The notes under the pieces are model-generated. The model was not told where the DNA came from, ran no database searches, and was given only the letters and a program-made list of their open reading frames with translations. Below, in pieces: positions 61,100 to 64,000 of a stretch of DNA of 64,000 nucleotides. Within the stretch, counting starts at the first letter, position 1. Each line of letters opens with the position of its first letter. This DNA is from Mobula hypostoma (taxonomy: Eukaryota). The position numbers were made by a program, and so were the translations under genes. The stretch is from the NCBI RefSeq assembly GCF_963921235.1, contig NC_086108.1, positions 6,944,001 through 7,008,000 on the forward strand, written 5' to 3'.

Positions 61100-61980
61100 A
61101 GGTAAACCAGCTAAGAGGCGTAGATTGGATAAATGTAAGCAGGCTTTTTCCACTAAGGTTGGATGAAACCAGAAGAGGTCATGGATTAAGGGTGAAAGGT
61201 GAACTATTTAATGGGAACATGAGGAGAAACCGTGAGATTGTGGAACGAGTTGCCAGAGAAAGTGGTAGGTGCAGGTTCGACTTCAGCTTTTAAGAGAAAT
61301 TTGGATAGGTTACATTGATGGGAGGGATAAGGAGGGCGATGGGACTGGGCAGATGAACAGTTTGGCACAAAGGGCCAGTTTCTGTGTTGTAGTGTTCTAT
61401 GACTTTATCCATAACTCAGTGAAGCAATGTGCTTAGATTTTGAATGTTGTTCAGAAGAGAAGATGTACAGACTACCTGGATTAGAGATCATGTCCTATTA
61501 CAGGGGTTCCCAAGCTTTGTTATGTCATGGACCAATATCATTAATAGACCCCAGGCTGGGAACCCTTGTCTTATGAGAGAAGGTTGAGCAAACTAAGACA
61601 CTTCTCTGTAAAACAAAGGATAAGAGGTGATTTAATAGAGGTGCACAAGATACAAGGCATAGTTTGAGTGAACAGCTGGAGACTTTTTCCCAAGGCACAA
61701 ATGGCTATTATAAGGGGACATAATTTTAAGGTAATTGGAGGAAAGTGGGGGGAGGGTGTTATCAGAAGTATTTTTTTTTACATAGAGTGGTGGGTGTGTG
61801 GAATGCACTGCCGGGGGTGGTGGTAGAGGCAGATACATTAGGGACATTTAAGAAACTCTTAGATAGGCACACGGATGGTAGAAAATGGAGATCTATGGGG
61901 GCGGGGAAGGGTTGGATTGATCTTAGAGTAGGTTAGGGTTAGCACCACATTGTGCACGGAAGGGCCTGTAATGTTCTAAG
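61100..61980 (+). mobile_element. Two CR1 3' fragments; the second contains a hAT MITE at 61501-61568
   Basis: CR1 C-terminal motifs (RVVGVWNALPG, FKKLLDRH). The MITE is flanked by TCCTATTA / TCTTATGA. Confidence 0.8.
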
Positions 61981-62254
61981 TTCATCAGAGTATCTTTATA
62001 TCCCACGGAATTCCTGTAATTCCTTTCACCATCAATCCTTCTTCCTCGTGCCTCATCTCTTAATATTTCATCTTCTCGATATTCGAGCTCTGCCCTCCAG
62101 ACTGTATTTTATAATTGTTTATGGGATGTATGCTGTTGATAAGTGCTGTATATATTGTGTACCCCTGAATTGCCCTTTCTAGTGCTGTGGGACTGCAGTC
62201 ACATTCAGGTCAAGCCAGGTAAGGACAGCAGATTTCCTTCCCTCAAGGAAGTCA

Positions 62255-63585
62255 AAGTTCAAAGTAAATTTTATTATCAGAGTAAATATATGCCATCACA
62301 TACAACCCTGAGAGTCATTTTCTTGTGGGCATACGCAGCAAATCTAGAGAATAGTAACTATAACAGGATCAATGAAGTTAAACCAGAGTGCAGACTATGC
62401 AAAAGCAAATGTAAATAAATAGCAATAAATAATGAGAAAATGAAATAGCACGGTAAAGAGTTCTCAAGTGAGATCATTGATTGTGGGAAACATCTCATGG
62501 GTGGGCAAGTGAGTGTAGTTATCCCCTTTTCTTCAACAGCCTGATGGATGAGGGGTAGGAACCATTCCTGAACCTGGTGATGCAAGTTCTGAGGCTCTTG
62601 TACCTTCTGCCTAATGACAGCAGCAAGAAGAGAGCATAACCTAAGTGGTGAGGATCTCTGATGATGGATGCTGCTTTCCTACAACAATATTTCATGTAGA
62701 TGTGCTCAACAATTGGGAGGGCTTCACTCGTGATGTGCTGGGCCGGATCCACTACCTTTTGTCGAATTTTCCATTTAAAAGCATTGATGTTTTCATACCA
62801 GGCTGTGATGCAGGCAGACAATACACTAGACATCTATAGAAGTTTGTCAAAGTGTTGGAAGTCATGCTGAATTTCTGCAGACTCCTAAGGGAGTAGAGCC
62901 GTTGCCGGGCTTTCTTCGCAATTGATTTTTTTTCGACATTCGTGTAGTATTGTAGGTGGTGTTGCTCAGAGAAACTTTTGACACCAGATTTATTGAGCTA
63001 ACTGAATATAAATTTTCCTGCATTCCTGGTGGAATTTTTCTTCTAATTATCACACAGCAGGTGTTTGGTAACATTCTTGAAATTCCTTGCTGTACTTGTT
63101 GTCTACACTTCTCTCTTTTAGAATTGGAATCAGGTTTAATATCACCGGCATATGTCATGAAATTTGTCGTCTTTGCGGCAGCAGTACAATGCAATACACA
63201 ATAATAGGAAAAACATGAATTACTGTATGTGTGTGTGTATGTATGTATATGTGTAAATATATATTATAGTTTAAGTAAGTAGTACAAAAATAAAAAAGCA
63301 GTGAGGTAGTATTCATGGGTTCAATGTCCATTCAGAAATTGGCCGGCAGAGGGGAAGAAATGGTTTCTGAATCATTGCGTGTGTGTCTTCAGGCTTCTGT
63401 ACCTCCTCCCTGATGGTAGCAGTGAGAACAAGGCATGATTTGAGTGATGGGGTTCCTCAATGATGGATGCCACCTTTTTGAGGAATTGCTCTTTGAAGAT
63501 GTTCTGGATACTACAGAGGCTAGTGCCCACAATGGAGATGACTAAGTTTATAACTCTTTGCAGCTTATTTCAATCCTGTGCAGTA
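62255..63585 (-). mobile_element. Two Rex1/Babar-like 3' fragments (about 62255-62920 and 63120-63585)
   Basis: SVLSACITAWYE...RFRNGSYPSSIRLL and the family tails. Confidence 0.8.
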
Positions 63586-64000
63586 ACCATAAGATATAGA
63601 AGCAGAAGTAGCCCATTCGGCCTGTGGAGTCTGCTCCGCCATTCAATCATGGGCTGATCTAATTCTTCCAGTCGTCCCCACTCCCCTGCCTTCTCCCCAT
63701 ACCCTTTGATGCCCTGGCTAATCAAGAACCTATCCATCTCTGCCTTAAATGCACCCAGTGACTTGGCCTCCACAGCCACTCGTGGCAACAAATTCCACAG
63801 ATTTACCACCCTCTGACTAAAGTAATTTCTCTGCATCTCTGTTCTCAGTAGACATCCTTCAATCCTGAAGTCGTGCCCTCCTGTCCTTGGCTCCCCTACC
63901 ATGGGAAATAATTTTGCCATATCTAATCTGTTCAGGCCTTTTAACATTCGGAATATTTCTATGAGATCCCGCCCCCCCCCCCCAATTCTCCTGAACTCCA
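63585..64000 (-). mobile_element. CR1 LINE 3' fragment
   Basis: MLKGLNRLD..LFPMVGE..FSQRVVNLWNLLP, 3' stem-loop and TCTTATGG tail. Confidence 0.88.

Overview
This is eukaryotic, vertebrate, repeat-saturated non-coding DNA. The mix of CR1/HER1-like LINEs, HE1-like V-SINEs, Rex1/Babar-like LINEs and Penelope-like elements (PLEs) suggests a cartilaginous fish, probably a ray; this is an inference. I recognise no host protein-coding gene, so the window is probably intronic or intergenic. Nearly all ORFs in the track are transposon fragments or their antisense shadows. Main contents: (1) a near-intact, 5'-truncated CR1 ORF2 (833 aa) at about 18020-20772; (2) two decayed full-length CR1 elements with a zinc-finger/coiled-coil + SGNH-esterase ORF1 (about 23690-29371 with nested inserts, and about 29490-33733); (3) many Rex1/Babar-like 3' fragments; (4) two PLE families; (5) two Chapaev3-like DNA transposon remnants; (6) tiny hAT-type MITEs; (7) several SINE families; (8) a 95-bp LINE-derived tandem array. 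The most notable hidden signal is about 16 minimal type-I hammerhead ribozyme motifs, from two distinct PLE families. Many sit at the edge of short (about 100-150 bp) non-coding SINE-like units. All family assignments come from motif recognition by eye, and fragment boundaries are approximate.
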